In this document: positions 10,631-24,100 of the stretch, piece by piece
How the letters are laid out: every line of letters starts with the position of its first letter
How positions within the stretch are numbered: position 1 is the first letter of the stretch
Assembly: GCF_000143415.4 (NCBI RefSeq)
Contig: NW_003314261.1
Coordinates: 186,001 to 250,000, forward strand
Origin: Selaginella moellendorffii
Lineage: Eukaryota; Plantae; Lycopodiophyta
Direction of reading: 5' to 3'
Length of the DNA stretch: 64,000 nt
Made by a program: the position numbers and the translations under genes
Notes under the pieces: model-generated
The model's input: only the letters and a program-made list of their open reading frames with translations
What the model was told of the DNA's origin: nothing
Database searches by the model: none

Positions 10631-13301
10631 TGTAGCGCATCTGAATTTGGAGTTGAACTCCAAGCCCATTGCACTATAAAACAAAGGTCCGGTACACTCT
10701 TAATCCTACAAACACCAGCTCCCCATATCCAACACCTATATGCAAAATGGTATCTAATATGGTTTTGGCATATTAGTGGCCTAACGCAAGAAGGAGGGTA
10801 TCCTACCGACTAGAGCAGTGTGGAGTTTGAGCTTAGATCCAAACCAAACGCAAAACAAGGAATGACACAACCTAGTGTTTAGGGTTTACTTTGGATTACT
10901 TTGGAATGAGTAATAAAATTAAGATAAAGAAGGTGTTTCTAACGGGTTTAGCAAGAACTAAACAAACAAAGGAACAGAATTGACACAAGTGATCTTATGA
11001 GTCTCTAAGATGGAGAGACAATACTCTTTAGAGAATGGATAAAGCATGGTGAGCATTTGATGTTGAACCATCAACAAATATTAATATGGTGCTAAGGATG
11101 AAAATGGTAATCTATGATAGGGGTTATTTATAAAATGATTTATTGTTTAATGAGGATATTAAACTTTGTTTATAGATGGTGGAGTTGTGAAATACAAATC
11201 CCTAAGCTCTAAAGTGGAGCCAAAAGGGTGCCATGTTGTAGCACATCTGAATTTGGAGTTGAACTTCAAGCCCATTGCACTATAAAACAAAGGTCTGGTA
11301 CACTTTTAATCCTACAAGCACCAGCTCCCCATATCCAACACCTACATGCAAAATGGTATCTAGTACGGTTTTGGCATATTAGTGGCCTAACGCAAGAAGG
11401 AGGGTATCCCACTGACTAGAGCAGTGTGGAGCTTGAGCTTAGATCCAAACCAAATGCAAAACAAGGAATGACACAACCTAGTGTTTAGGGTTTGCTTTGG
11501 ATTACTTTGGAATGAGTAATAAAATTAAGATAAAGAAGGTGTTTTTAATGGGTTTAGCAAGAACTAAACAAACAAAGGAACAAAATTGACACAAGTGATC
11601 TTATGAGTCTCTAAGATGGAGAGACAATACTCTTTAGAGAATGGATAAAGCATGGTGAGCATTTGATGTTGAACCATCAACAAATATTAATATGGTGCTA
11701 AAGATGAAAATGGTAATCTATGATAGGGGTTATTTATAAAATGATTTATTGTTTAATGAGGATATTAAACTTTGTTTATAGATGGTGGAGTTGTGAAATA
11801 CAAATCCCTAAGCTCCAAAGTGGAGCCAAAAGGGTGCCATGTTGTAGCACATCTGAATTTGGAGTTGAACTCCAAGCCCATTGCACTATAAAACAAAGGT
11901 CCGGTACACTCTTAATCCTACAAACACCAGCTCCCCATATCCAACACCTATATGCAAAATGGTATCTAGTACGGTTTTGGCATATTAGTGGCCTAACGCA
12001 AGAAGGAGGGTATCCTACTGACTAGAGCAGTGTGGAGCTTGAGCTTAGATCCAAACCAAACGCAAAACAAGGAATGACACAACCTAGTGTTTAGGGTTTA
12101 CTTTGGATTACTTTGGAATGAGTAATAAAATTAAGATAAAGAAGGTGTTTCTAACGGGTTTAGCAAGAACTAAACAAACAAAGGAACAGAATTGACACAA
12201 GTGATCTTATGAGTCTCTAAGATGGAGAGACAATACTCTTTAGAGAATGGATACAGCATGGTGAGCATTTGATGTTGAACCATCAACAAATATTAATATG
12301 GTGCTAAAGATGAAAATGGTAATCAATGATAGGGGTTATTTATAAAATGATTTATTGTTTAATGAGGATATTAAACTTTGTTTATAGATGGTGGAGTTGT
12401 GAAATACAAATCCCTAAGCTCCAAAGTGGAGCCAAAAGGGTGCCATGTTGTAGCACATCTGAATTTGGAGTTGAACTCCAAGCCCATTGCACTATAAAAC
12501 AAAGGTCTGGTACACTCTTAATCCTACAAGCACCAGCTCCCCATATCCAACACCTACATGCAAAATGGTATCTAGTACGGTTTTGGCATATTAGTGGCCT
12601 AACGCAAGAAAGAAGGTATCCCACCGACTAGAGTAGTGTGGAGCTTGACCTTAGATCCAAACCAAACGCAAAACAAGGAATGACACAATCTAGTGTTTAG
12701 GGTTTACTTTGGATTACTTTGGAATGAGTAATAAAATTAAGATAAAGAAGGTGTTTCTAATGGGTTTAGCAAGAACTAAACAAACAAAGGAACAGAATTG
12801 ACACAAGTGATCTTATGAGTCTCTAAGATGGAGAGACAATACTCTTTAGAGAATGGATAAAGCATGGTGAGCATTTGATGTTGAACCATCAACAAATATT
12901 AATATGGTGCTAAGGATGAAAATGGTAATCTATGATAGGGGTTATTTATAAAATGATTTATTGTTTAATGAGGATATTAAACTTTGTTTATAGATGGTGG
13001 AGTTGTGAAATACAAATCCCTAAGCTCCAAAGTGGAGCCAAAAGGGTGCCATGTTGTAGCGCATTTGAATTTGGAGTTGAACTCCAAGCCCATTGCACTA
13101 TAAAACAAAGGTCTGGTACACTTTTAATCCTACAAGCACCAGCTCCCCATATCCAACACCTACATGCAAAATGGTATCTAGTACAGTTTTCGCATATTAG
13201 TGGCCTAACGCAAGAAGGAGGGTATCCCACCGACTAGAGCAGTGTGGAGCTTGAGCTTAGATCCAAACCAAACGCAAAACAAGGAATGACACAACCTAGT
13301 G
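10288..13301. repeat. Tandem array of 5 near-identical 606-bp units derived from an LTR-in-LTR junction
   Basis: GATTACTTTGGAATGAG recurs at 10288, 10894, 11500, 12106 and 12712. The repeated ORF starts (10508, 11720, 12326, 12932) fit the 606-bp period. Confidence 0.97.
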
Positions 13302-13400
13302 GGAGCCAAACTAATGTCTCAGGTATTCCAACCACTATCTCTACTATACCACCACCACCACCCACCCCCCCCCCCCCCCTCCCTATGGGCCTAGAGATCT
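13055..13400 (-). mobile_element. Family C LTR fragment (A-related; begins TGTAGCGCAT), first ~250 bp amplified in the 606-bp array
   Basis: Shares the TGTAGCGCA terminus, the TTTTGGCATA..GTGGCCTAACG block and the CCACTATC..TACTATAC + poly-C block with the family A LTR. Distal end not located. Confidence 0.6.
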
Positions 13401-13793
13401 CATCCAATATAGCAATTATTCTAAAGACATTTGCTAACCACATGTAGGCATTTACAGAGGTGTACACACTTCAGTCCAAGGTATGAATGTTGTGCTTGAT
13501 TTCCTAGTGACAAATAATGGGGCTACTAGAGCTTCATATAGTGGAGACTATGTCATCCTAGGCCACTCTTGGAATGAAATAGTGGACTATAACATGTATT
13601 GGCATTAGGAACGATAACCATCTCAAATGAAAAACGGTTTGCAACTTTTCTCAATGAGTGTGGGCAAAGACTTCAGGTTGAGTAAAAGGTGGTTAGTACA
13701 GTAGAGGCACAGAAACATGATGATCTACCCATGGTTTTCCTAGACCTTCTTTATGACAAGAGTTTACCCAAGTTGAAAGTTTATGATTACCTA

Positions 13794-14587
13794 TGTAAGC
13801 AACCAAAGGGAATGGCTCGAGAAACAATCCATAGGGATTTAAATATAGAGGGAAGGGGCCCATGAACAAAAGTGCACCCCCTTTTCCAATCGGTTAAGGG
13901 TCTTGGGATATTTAGGGTTAAGCGTCTTTGGGTTTGAATAGTACTAGGTTGGGTGACCTCTTGGGAAATTTAAATTCATGAGCTTACATTTGGTTCTTGA
14001 GTCTAACTCTATTAGTTAGCTAAGGGAATCACACCATGTATATTGATTGACATTTGGCAGGAGCAGTTTACTCCCAACTGGGCTCAGTAGGGTGTCAAGA
14101 GAGTAGGGTTCTTGGGAGAGTGGTAGCTCTCAACTTCCGTTCATGAGGCCGTGAACTTGCAGGGAAGCGTGATGGATTGTAAGAAATCAAAGGGAACGAC
14201 TCGAGAGTGGTCTCGAGTCTAACTCTGTTGGTTGGCTAAGGGAATCACACCACATATATTGATTGACATCTGGCAGGTCCAATTTGCCCTTAGTTGGGCT
14301 TGACCTGAGGGGTAGGGTGTCAAGAGAGTGGGGCTCTTGAAAGAATTGTGGCTCTCAGCTTCCATTCATGAGAGCATGAACTTGCAGGGAAGAGTGGTAG
14401 ATTGTAAGCAATCAAAAGGAATGACTCAAGAGACAATCTATAAGGGTTCAAATATAAAAGGAAAGAGCCCATGAACTAGAATGCACCCCTTTTGCCAATT
14501 GGTTAAGGGTCTCGGGAAACTTGGGGTTAAGCGTCCTTGGGTTTGAATAGTACTGGGCTAAGTGACCTCCTAAAAAAAGAGCTTACA
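13794..14587 (+). mobile_element. Cassandra-like TRIM with 5S rRNA-derived LTRs (LTR1 13794-13988, LTR2 14403-14587), duplicated internal domain, TSD ACCTA
   Basis: Both LTRs run TGTAAGC...GCTTACA. ACCTA flanks at 13789-13793 and 14588-14592. A 5S-like block is present in each LTR, and a truncated middle LTR sits at 14178-14209. Confidence 0.88.
13917..13969 (+). promoter_or_regulatory. 5S rRNA-derived internal Pol III promoter region (A box / IE / C box) in the TRIM LTR; second copy 14526-14571
   Basis: GTTAAGCGTctTTGGGtttGAaTAGTACTAGGtTGGGTGACCTCtTGGGAAaT versus recalled plant 5S GTTAAGCGTGCTTGGGCGAGAGTAGTACTAGGATGGGTGACCTCCTGGGAAGT (about 44/53 by eye). Confidence 0.8.
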
Positions 14588-15705
14588 ACCTAGAGCTGAA
14601 GCATTCGTAAAGAGATGAGGAAGACTCCATATCAAAGCCTCCAAATCCATCACACATGCAGCTGGATGCTCTTTTATCACCTTCTACAGTTAGTAGAGGA
14701 GCTTTAGAGTACTTATGTTGAGGTTATGTCACCCTTAGAGCAGCTAAAGAACCAAGAAAAGCATTATGCACTTATCTCATACAGTTATGTTTTTTAGTGT
14801 GTAAAATTAGAGGCTTTTATCTTGAAGTGCATGAGTGCCAAACTTGGTGAGGAGGCTGTTGAGGATCCCCAGGCTGAGTGCACATTTCTTTCTTTTAGAG
14901 ACAACAATCTTCTATTATTACCAGCATTTGGCATTGCAGTGGAGTTTCACTAGAGACTTTTTTTGGCCAATTATAGAGGTAATATATTGTAAGTAACTAA
15001 ATTTTCCATTCTACTTTAGTCACTTAACCACACTTCCGATCATTTGGAAAAATCTCACTCACAACCTCCATAAGTTCTATTCCGAACTTGGGGCTTGCTA
15101 TCCCTAAGAATGACATCCATGCCACTCAACCTTTGCACTTGGTCCAAGTGCTCCATATGTCTGATCCCATGGTTGACACCCCAAGGTACCACCAATATAT
15201 CAGCCTGTTATGCTAAGGCCATGCCCATTCACCTTGGTCACACTGGTGGTCTAACACCACCTGCATCATAGTCCCGTCTCTCAAAAACTGGGCCATCCAT
15301 CCATGAGTGATCATCCCAAATCCACTCTTTATCATTCTTAGGATGCCCACAGATATGGGGAAATAGCCTTCCTTGATATCCCTTTTCCAGTCCCCACCAA
15401 GTCCTTTTCTGTCCATGGCCATATTCACCAATACTACCATTGGATCAAGGCCCATAAGCCCGACCACTAAGTCCCCTTGTTCTCTAGGACTTCCTTGTCA
15501 TGTGATAGCAACCTTAGTCACTACAGTAGAGGATTGCTCCTCTTCCTTTCCACCATCCGGGACTCTAGGACAACATTTTGGAACACCATGGCCTTACATG
15601 AGCCTCATGGGTACTCTCCCTACCTTCTGCCTTTGGGTGCTCTAGCCATGGGCTTAGAGTGAGGTTCTGTTGAGCCATACCAGGTATCCAAGTAGGTAGT
15701 GTCAC

Positions 15706-17978
15706 TGTAGCGCACGTGGTTTTGACTGTAGCGCATGTGGTTTTTACCCTTTATCCTATGGTGATTTACCATAGGATAACACCACAAAGCAGAACCTAAA
15801 CCATCCATGTGCCACGTGACAGATGCCACATGTCACATGCCACGTGTCCAAAGGAACATGGTGTAAAAACCCAAGGTTCAAAGCCACTAAACATAGGAAC
15901 AGTGCCAAACTCCCAAGCATGGAGCCAAGGAGTGATGGAATTGGACCATTAAGCAACTCCCGAGCATACAGCCCAAGGAGAGAAGGGACAGGAGTCCGGA
16001 GCAACTTGGAACAATCCTGTAACAACCAGCATCCCAATGCCAGGACCAACACGCAAAACGGAGCCAAATGGAGTCTAGCACTATTTTGGCATACCGGTGG
16101 CCTAACGTGAGGATATGGGTACTCCACCAGCTAGTATGGAATGGAACTTGAGCTTAGACCTAAGTCAGACACAGAACAAGGACAGGCACGCAAGCGGGAG
16201 CTAGACTATACCTCAGGTTAGTCGGCCATGCCCGACCTACCCACTATCCCTACTATACATTTGGAACCCCCTATAGCCCCCCCTCCTTGAGGAACACACG
16301 CTTTGGGCTTTCTCCCCAAGCCTTTGTTAGTATCAAGAGTTAGTCTCTGGGACAAGCTCGAAACTTACTAAATATGGAATGGCGCTAGATTGTGAATTTG
16401 GACACAGGACGAACACCATTGTGTTCAGGCCAATCTCTACATTCCGTATATATGCTAAATGAGCAAATCTGGACACTTTCCATAAATACCATTTGGGACC
16501 GAAATGAGACTAACACAAAGGGCATGATAGCGAGGGTGTTTAGCAGACATGGTAAGCTATCATTGAGGGATATTGAGGGACTAATCTCAATACGTGAGGG
16601 TTCTTGTCACTAGCAAGTGCAAGACAAAACGAGACAGGAACTCCTTACCAGGCTAAGTATGCTTAGCTAATAACACGTAGGAATTCCGTCCTTATGCTCG
16701 TTCGGTCTAAGTACACTCAAAATGCCTAGTTAACTCCACTAGCACAAGAGGGACTGATAAAGGGTCCAGCAATACCAACCTCCTGCCGTCGTGGTAGTAA
16801 GGAAAGAGTGTCCATAAAGACTAGTCGACAGGTAACTTTCGATACCTGAAGTCACATTCACGACATTGACCCTTTATCCTATGGTGATTTACCATAGGAT
16901 AACACCACGAAGCAGAACCTAAACCCTCCATATGCCACGTGTCATGCCACATGTCCATAGGACAGTGATGTGGAACCCGAGGTTCAGGGCCTTGGGCCAT
17001 TGAACAAAGGAACGGTGCCAAACTCCCATTCATGGAGCCAAGGAGCGATGGAACCAGACCATGGAGCAACTCCCGAGCACACAACCCAAAGAGCAAAAGG
17101 ATAGCGGCACGGAGCGACTTGGGACAGTCCTGCAGCAACTAGCATCCCAATGCTAGGACCAGCATGAAAAACAGAGCCAAACGGAGTCTGGCACTATTTT
17201 GGCATACCGGTGGCCTAACGTGAGGATATGGGTACTCCACCAACTAGCATGGAATGGAACTTGGGCTTAGACCCAAGCCAGATGTAGAACAACGATAGGC
17301 ATGCAAGCGGGAGCTAAACTATGCCTTAGGTTGGTCAGCCATGCCCAACCTACCCACTATCCCTGCTATACATTTGGAACCCCCCACAGCCCCCCCCCGC
17401 CCCCCCTTAAGGAACACATGCTTTGGGCTTTCACCCCAAGCCTCCCTTAGTATCAGGAGTTAGTCTCTGGGACAAGCTCGAAACTTACTAAATATGGAAT
17501 GGCGCTAGATTGCGAATTTGGACACGAGACAAACACCATTGTGTTCAGGTCAATCTCTACATTCCGTAGATATGCCAAATGAGCAAATCTGGACACTTTC
17601 CATAAATAGTATTTGGGACCAAATTGAGACTAACACAAAGGGCATGATAGCGAGGGTGTTTGGCAGACACGGTAAGCTATCATCTAGCAATATTGAGGGA
17701 CCAGGCTCAATATCACGAGGGTTCCCAACACTAGCAAGTGCAAGTCAACATCATGGGTTTCTCATCACCGTGTCAAGTCTACTTGACAAATGATAACATT
17801 AGGATTTCCTTAGTGCCCTTCCGGTCTAAGTGCACATGTGATGACCTCAACTAGCTTACGCGGAGATTGATAAAGGGTCCAACAATACCGACCTCCTGCT
17901 GTCGTGGTAATAAGGAAAGAATATCCAAAAGGACTAGCCGACAGGTAACTTTCAATACCTAAAGTTATATTCGCGACA
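15706..17978 (-). mobile_element. Family A LTR (A1; 15706-15726 + 16871-17978) interrupted by a solo LTR
   Basis: TGTAGCGCACGTGGTTTTGAC continues as CCTTTATCCTATGG at 16871; ends TCGCGACA at 17978. Confidence 0.85.
15727..16865 (-). mobile_element. Solo LTR A2 inserted 21 bp inside another family A LTR, TSD TTGAC
   Basis: TG...CA ends; TTGAC at 15722-15726 and 16866-16870. Confidence 0.9.
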
Positions 17979-18141
17979 CTAAATGTAGCGCACGTGGATT
18001 TGACCCTTATTCCTATGGTGATTTACCATAGGGTAACACCACAAAGCGGAACCTAAACCCTCCATGTGCCACGTGACAGACACATGTCACATGCCACATG
18101 TCCATAGGACAGTGGTGTGGAACCCGAGGTTCAGGGCCTTG

Positions 18142-21100
18142 AGCCACCGGTATGCTAAAATAGTACCAGACTCTATTTGGCTCCGTTTTGCATGCTGGTC
18201 TTGGCATTGGGATGCTGGTTGCTCCAGGACTATCCCAAGTCACTCCGTGCCCTTGTCCCTTCGCTCCTTGGGTTGAGTGCTCGAGAGTTGCTCTGTGGTC
18301 CGATTCTATCGCTCCTTAGCTCCATACATGGGAGTTTGGCACCGTTTCTTCGTTCAATGGCCTAAGGCCCTGAACCTCGGGTTCCACACCACTGTCCTAT
18401 GGACACATGGCATGTGACATGTGGCATGACATGTGGCACATGGAGGTTTAGGTTCTGCTTCGTGTTATCCTATGGTAAATCACCATAGGATAAAGGGTCA
18501 AAACCACGTCTGCTACATTTGGTATCAAAGGATGAGTCTCGGCGAGAACTATCCAATGAGATTGGGCAACTAGTCTTGTTGCATACACAAAGATGAAAAT
18601 GATGATCTGAGTAGGTACACGTTTTGGTGCAAAGACTTTGCATTGGTTCCTTGGGATAGGTTTTGGTTACCTTTTTGTTCCATATTATGTGAGCTTGCTC
18701 TTGGGCTCATAGGGTGGACTAAGTTGTTCCGTTTACACGAGTTTGCGCTTGGGCTCGTGAGTGAGGCACATTAGCAACTCGAGGTTACACTTTAAGTTGG
18801 CAGGATTAATGTTAGCCTATCAGTGGTTCCATGAGTTGTTCCATGTACCATGGGTGAAAGAAAACCTCTTTGGGTTTGCTATAAGTGGCAAATAGGCTAG
18901 TCCGTAGCTATTTAGCACAACACTAGTGGATCTGTCCTAGGCATGATTATGAGTGGATCAATCAAGACTGTAGGGATTAGTCTATTGATTCAGGTAATCA
19001 TTGCCGTGCTTTCTCATAAACTTTTCTTGGATTGGATTGAAGGCAGTGCGAAAGCAAGCTTGAGGTTTAGTCAAAGATAAGGCCGAAAAGAGAGTCGTCG
19101 AGGACGAAAGATCAAACATGTAAATCATCTTTTTTTCTTGGAGGGATGATTTGCAACGAGGTGTTAACTCATTGCTCGTGTTCACATCATGCAATCAAAA
19201 GTACCTACCTTGATGCATGTTGGTTATGGTGGTCTAAAAAATAGTGAGTTGTGAAATGGATAGCGGTGAAATGCTAAACCATTTTGTCTAGGCTCGCTAT
19301 TGGAAGACTTGGGTTGCAATGCTCAATTCTTTTCCGGGGAACCTTGCTATTGCTCCTTGAGTAGCTTGGTGTTGGATTAGTTTTGAGTTTGGTCGGAAAG
19401 AAAGTGGCATAAATTTGCCCATGTTGTGAACAAAAGTTAGTGGTGTTGGGTGTTGTAAGTCTCTATCAGTAGAGTGTGGCATTTATGTTGCATTTTGTCC
19501 AATTGAGTTAGCACTTGATACTCACATAAACCTTTGTAGTAGTGATATAGGCATTACTTGTGGTGTTGCTCAATTGATGATCAAGTCATTGTGATTTCTA
19601 TTTCATATCCATGTGATAGTGAGCAATGTGTTTACGAAATTGCTTGGTTAAACAATGATCAACCCCAAAGTGGTTGATAGTGAAGCTAGTCTACTTATAT
19701 ATAGTAGCATTGCAGTAGCTTTGACTGGATTCTCGATAGTGGTCCATTATGCTAAGCTTTAGTTGGTACCTTGTTTCCTTGAGAGTTTGCCTATAAGGTG
19801 TTGGAAAAAGGGTTGTAACATTCATTTGCTATAGCTCATCAGTTGATCCGTTAGCACTTGGAGTAAATTGTTGGATGGAGATGGTGTGTAGTTGAGGCAT
19901 TAACATCATTAGCACTAGTGTTAGTGGAAGTGGCATTGTTATTTCGAGTGATGAGTTAAAGCTTGATTTTCCATGTTATTTTTCTTGTTAGTGTTTTGGC
20001 TTCACATTGGATCTTGAAGGTGGTTGAAGAAGAATATTAGTGCAAAGGTGGATATCCGAAAATGTGGTCTTCATGATCAAGCCTTGGATGTCCATTTTGC
20101 ATTTTTGCGGATGTCGGTGTTAGATATCGGAAAAATGGGCAAAGATGTTTGATGCTTAAGCATATTATTGGTCATGAGAATTTGTGTTGAGATGAACCTA
20201 TGTGAAGTTGTTAATAGAAGGAAGTTGGTTGAGTTTTGAAAGTTTACATTCCTAGATAAGAGTCATTCTTTTTCTAGGATGGAAAATTTTCCACAAATTT
20301 TCTTAAGCTTTTCCAATGGCTGATCTGTTGATCATTTTGTCTGAAAACCATTCTGTTTTCGTAAGCCAATATAAATTAGTGAAGGGGTTGGAGTTGACTT
20401 CGGTTGGCTTAAACCTTAGTATATAGTTGGTATGATGTAACCCGAAAGGGATGCTGACTTTTGGGGCTAAGGCAATTGAGTTGGATAGAGTCTAGAGTTG
20501 GTGTAGAAAAGTGGCCATTGCACTTTTCTAAGAAGGGTGACTCTTGTACTTTTCTTTTGTAGCGTTGTGCTTGGTGGTAGGTTGCACCCTGTATTATGTT
20601 AGACTCTATGAAAGTAGTGAGCTCTCACTGATCTTGACTTGGTCTTGGTGGCCCTACGCTTTGGTTAAGGATGGTGATGTCCAACTTAGTTATTTAAGGT
20701 TAAGATGTTGGTACCCGTATTATAGCTTTGTCTATGAGGAGGTTGTGTACTGATATGAGTCCATCTCATGGTCTACACTTTAGTTTCGATTAAGTGTTGA
20801 TTTTGCCTAGCTAGCCTCTTCAAGGCATGCTCAAAGTTAGTGGTTAAATATTTTAGTGAGTTTATTGTGGTTGAGTTGGATTCAAGTGATCATTTAGCTT
20901 GTGCTTGTCTATGAAGTTTTATCTCATACCTAGGGTATCACGTTTATATTGGACAAGTATATAATTTGATGAACAGAGTTGGTGTTTGGGTCTTGTGAAG
21001 GCAAGTTGCAGGGTGATTGTTAGTTGCTTTGCAACTAGTGATTGCTCGTAGACTTTGTTGAGGACTATTTGACACTTGCTTCACTCAATGATGATTTAGT

Positions 21101-24100
21101 AGTGATGGGCTTGCTTTACCGGATGGTGTTATGAAGGATCGTGTTGTTAGACTTACATGGTTTTTCCATGTTGGCATATCAATTCCTTTGATGATATCAT
21201 TTGGTTACGTTTGGTCTATAATGTTGGATTTCATTAAGTTTTGGATGTGGTGATTCACTCCTTGATGATGTGTTATTTGTAACTGAGTTTTGCTAAAGGA
21301 TTGGTCTCAGATACTAAGCATAGTATCTTCGACTTTGGTTAGCTTGGTTGCTGGAGAGCTTTGAGTGGTGATTCATTCTTGCTTTCTTCTAGCTTTGTCC
21401 TAGTATTGATGGCATTGAAGTGATGGCCTGTCGTTGACATTATTGATGTTGATATTTGAGTGAAATAAAATGTCTCTCCTTAGGATTGATATTGAGTTTC
21501 ATTGGTCTCAATGAAGATAGTGTTGATGATTTGGTTATGGCTTTGTGTTATTGGCATTCATACATTTGTTAGTTAGCAACTGTATTGACGTTCAAATGAA
21601 CTGAGTGGCAAGTTGAGTTAGTTGTGTTTTTTATGAGATTGTCTAGTAGGGGTTGAGCTTTGGCTTTTCCTTGAAGAATAATTTAGTCCCAGAATATACT
21701 AATTTTACGAGAGGAAGAGTTAGTGATTGATATTGAAGTGATTGAATACTTATTGGATTTTAGTTGGGATATATCGATCATTGATGATTCTTTTTGTGCT
21801 TATTATGAAGTGAGTTACGTCTTGTTATAGATGGATTTATGGAGGATCAATTAGATGATCACTTGATAAGCGTGGCTTCGTTATGCTTAGCTTTTGGATT
21901 GATGCAGATATGCTCTTCATTAGCTTTGGCATTATGAAGTTTAGTTTATGGATATGTTGAGGAGAATATTGTGGGTTCAGCCATGATTTCTTCTTTAGCA
22001 TTGAAGTTAATTCATGCAAGACTTGTGATCATTGTTCGGCAAGACTTAGCTATAGGCTTCTTTGAGCTTTTGGTTCCTTGAGTTTTCATGTTTATGGTCC
22101 ATTTGTTAGAAGTTGTTGGGGAAGGCATTTTGGCTTGTTAGCTTCGATTTTGAAGTTAGTATTTGCATCTAGCAATCATTAGTGATGCTTGACTATCATC
22201 TAGGATAGTTGATTATCCTTGTCAAAAAGTTTTGCTTGATTATTGTTGGTATAGAATGATTTGCTGTTCTTCAATATGGTGGATTCTTTCTGAACCGATG
22301 ATTCTACATCTTTTTATTGATGGGATGATTGATGATCTTTTATGATGGTTAGGAGATCTTTTTTATTACCAATTATAATGATCTTGGTGGTTCCTATACT
22401 GTAATGCTAGTTTATCGGATAATAACTTACTTGGAATACTTTTGTGTTCTAATCTAAGCTTTATTCACTGATAATTAAATCTCTAAGATATCATTATCTA
22501 TGACTTTGATATTGTCCATCTATTGATCTTTGAGTTTGGGCCAGTATAGGCAGACTAGCTTCAGCACTTCGTGTGCATATTGAAATCTCTAGTCATGGGG
22601 TAGCTACTGTCGACTGGTCACATCACCCACTTCTTTATCGATGTTCCTTATTTCATTGAAAGGGCATGATTGTGTAAACAACTCTAATTGCCTGTTTACA
22701 ATAGTCTATCTAAACCTTACCAACGGGTTTGGTTTCTTTGCTCAGGAGGGTTGGGGTCTCTGGCTTCTCTCTCTATGTCCTTGCGGGCAGGGGCATATCA
22801 CACTTTTGTAAGCTAGGTGACTCCCAAAGCAACAAGGTTGGCTGACTCTGTTGGTCATTTCCTTGTCAGCGACGGCCGGAAGGTGTCTAAGTTGGTAGTG
22901 CATCTGCGTTAGACAAAGAGGTTACCCCTAACTCATTTAAGTCAGTGCATTTCTCACATAGTGTGAGTACCATGAACTTTTTCTGGAGTTGTTTCCTTGG
23001 CAGTATTCTAGACTGGAGTATGCATCAACGAGGATGTCGATCTTCCCTAGGGGGGGAGAGTGTCGCGAATGTGACTTCGGGTATCAAAAGTTACCTGTTG
23101 GCTAGTGCTTTTGGATATTCTTTCCTTACTGCCACGACGGTAGGAGGTCAGTACTATTGGACTTGTTATCAGTTTCTGCCTAAGCTAGTTGAGAAACTAG
23201 TCATCACATGTGTACTTAGACCGGAAGGGCACTAAGGAAGGAAATCCTAAGTTGTCATTTGTCAAGCAGACTTGATATAGTGATGAGAAACTCATGATGT
23301 TAACTTGCACTTGCTAGTGTTGGGAACCCCCGTGATATTGAGCGTGGTCCCTCAATATTGCTAGATGATAGCTTACCGTGTCTACCAAACACCCTCGCTA
23401 TCATGCCCTTTGTGTTAGTCTCAATTTGGTCCCAAATACTATTTATGGAAAGTGTCCAGATTTGCTCATTTGGCATATTTACAGATTGGCCTGAACATAA
23501 TGGTGTTTGTCTCATGTCCAAATTCGCAATCTAGTGCCATTCCATATTTAGTAAGTTTCAAGCTTATCCCAGAGACTACTCCTGATACTAAGGGAGNNNN
23601 NNNNNNNNNNNNNNNNNNNNNNNNNNNNNNNNNNNNNNNNNNNNNNNNNNNNNNNNNNNNNNNNNNNNNNNNNNNNNNNNNNNNNNNNNNNNNNNNTGCA
23701 TGCTTGTCCTTGTTCTGCATCCGGCTTTGGTCTAAACCCAAGTTCCATTCCATACTAGCTGGTGGAGTACCCATATCCTCATGTTAGGCCATCGGTATGC
23801 TGAAATAGCACCAGACTCCGTTTGGCTCTATTTTGCGTACTGGTCCTGGCATTGGGATGCTGGTTGCTCTAGGACTGTTCTAAGTTGCTCCGGACTCCTG
23901 TCCCTTTGCTCTTTGGGTTGTTTGCTCGGGAGTTGCTCCATAGTTCGGTTCCATCACTCCTTGGCGTCATGCTTGGGAGTTTGGCACCGTTCTTTTGTTT
24001 AGTGGCCCAAGGCCCTAAACCTCAGGTTCCACACCACTGTCCTATGGACACGTGGCATATGACACGTGGCACAAAGAGGGTTAGGTTCCGCTTCGTGGTG

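Noticed and set aside
10508-13237. Tandem 101-aa 'gene family'
   Set aside because: The ORF spans the PPT and two LTR ends within the 606-bp unit, and one copy has a stop; a by-product of the repeat.
10288-13301. CRISPR-like array
   Set aside because: Whole units are repeated with no unique spacers; eukaryotic context and no cas genes.
13917-14571. Genuine 5S rRNA genes
   Set aside because: Only ~50 nt of the central and 3' region, embedded in LTRs with a TSD; the 5' part and terminator are missing.
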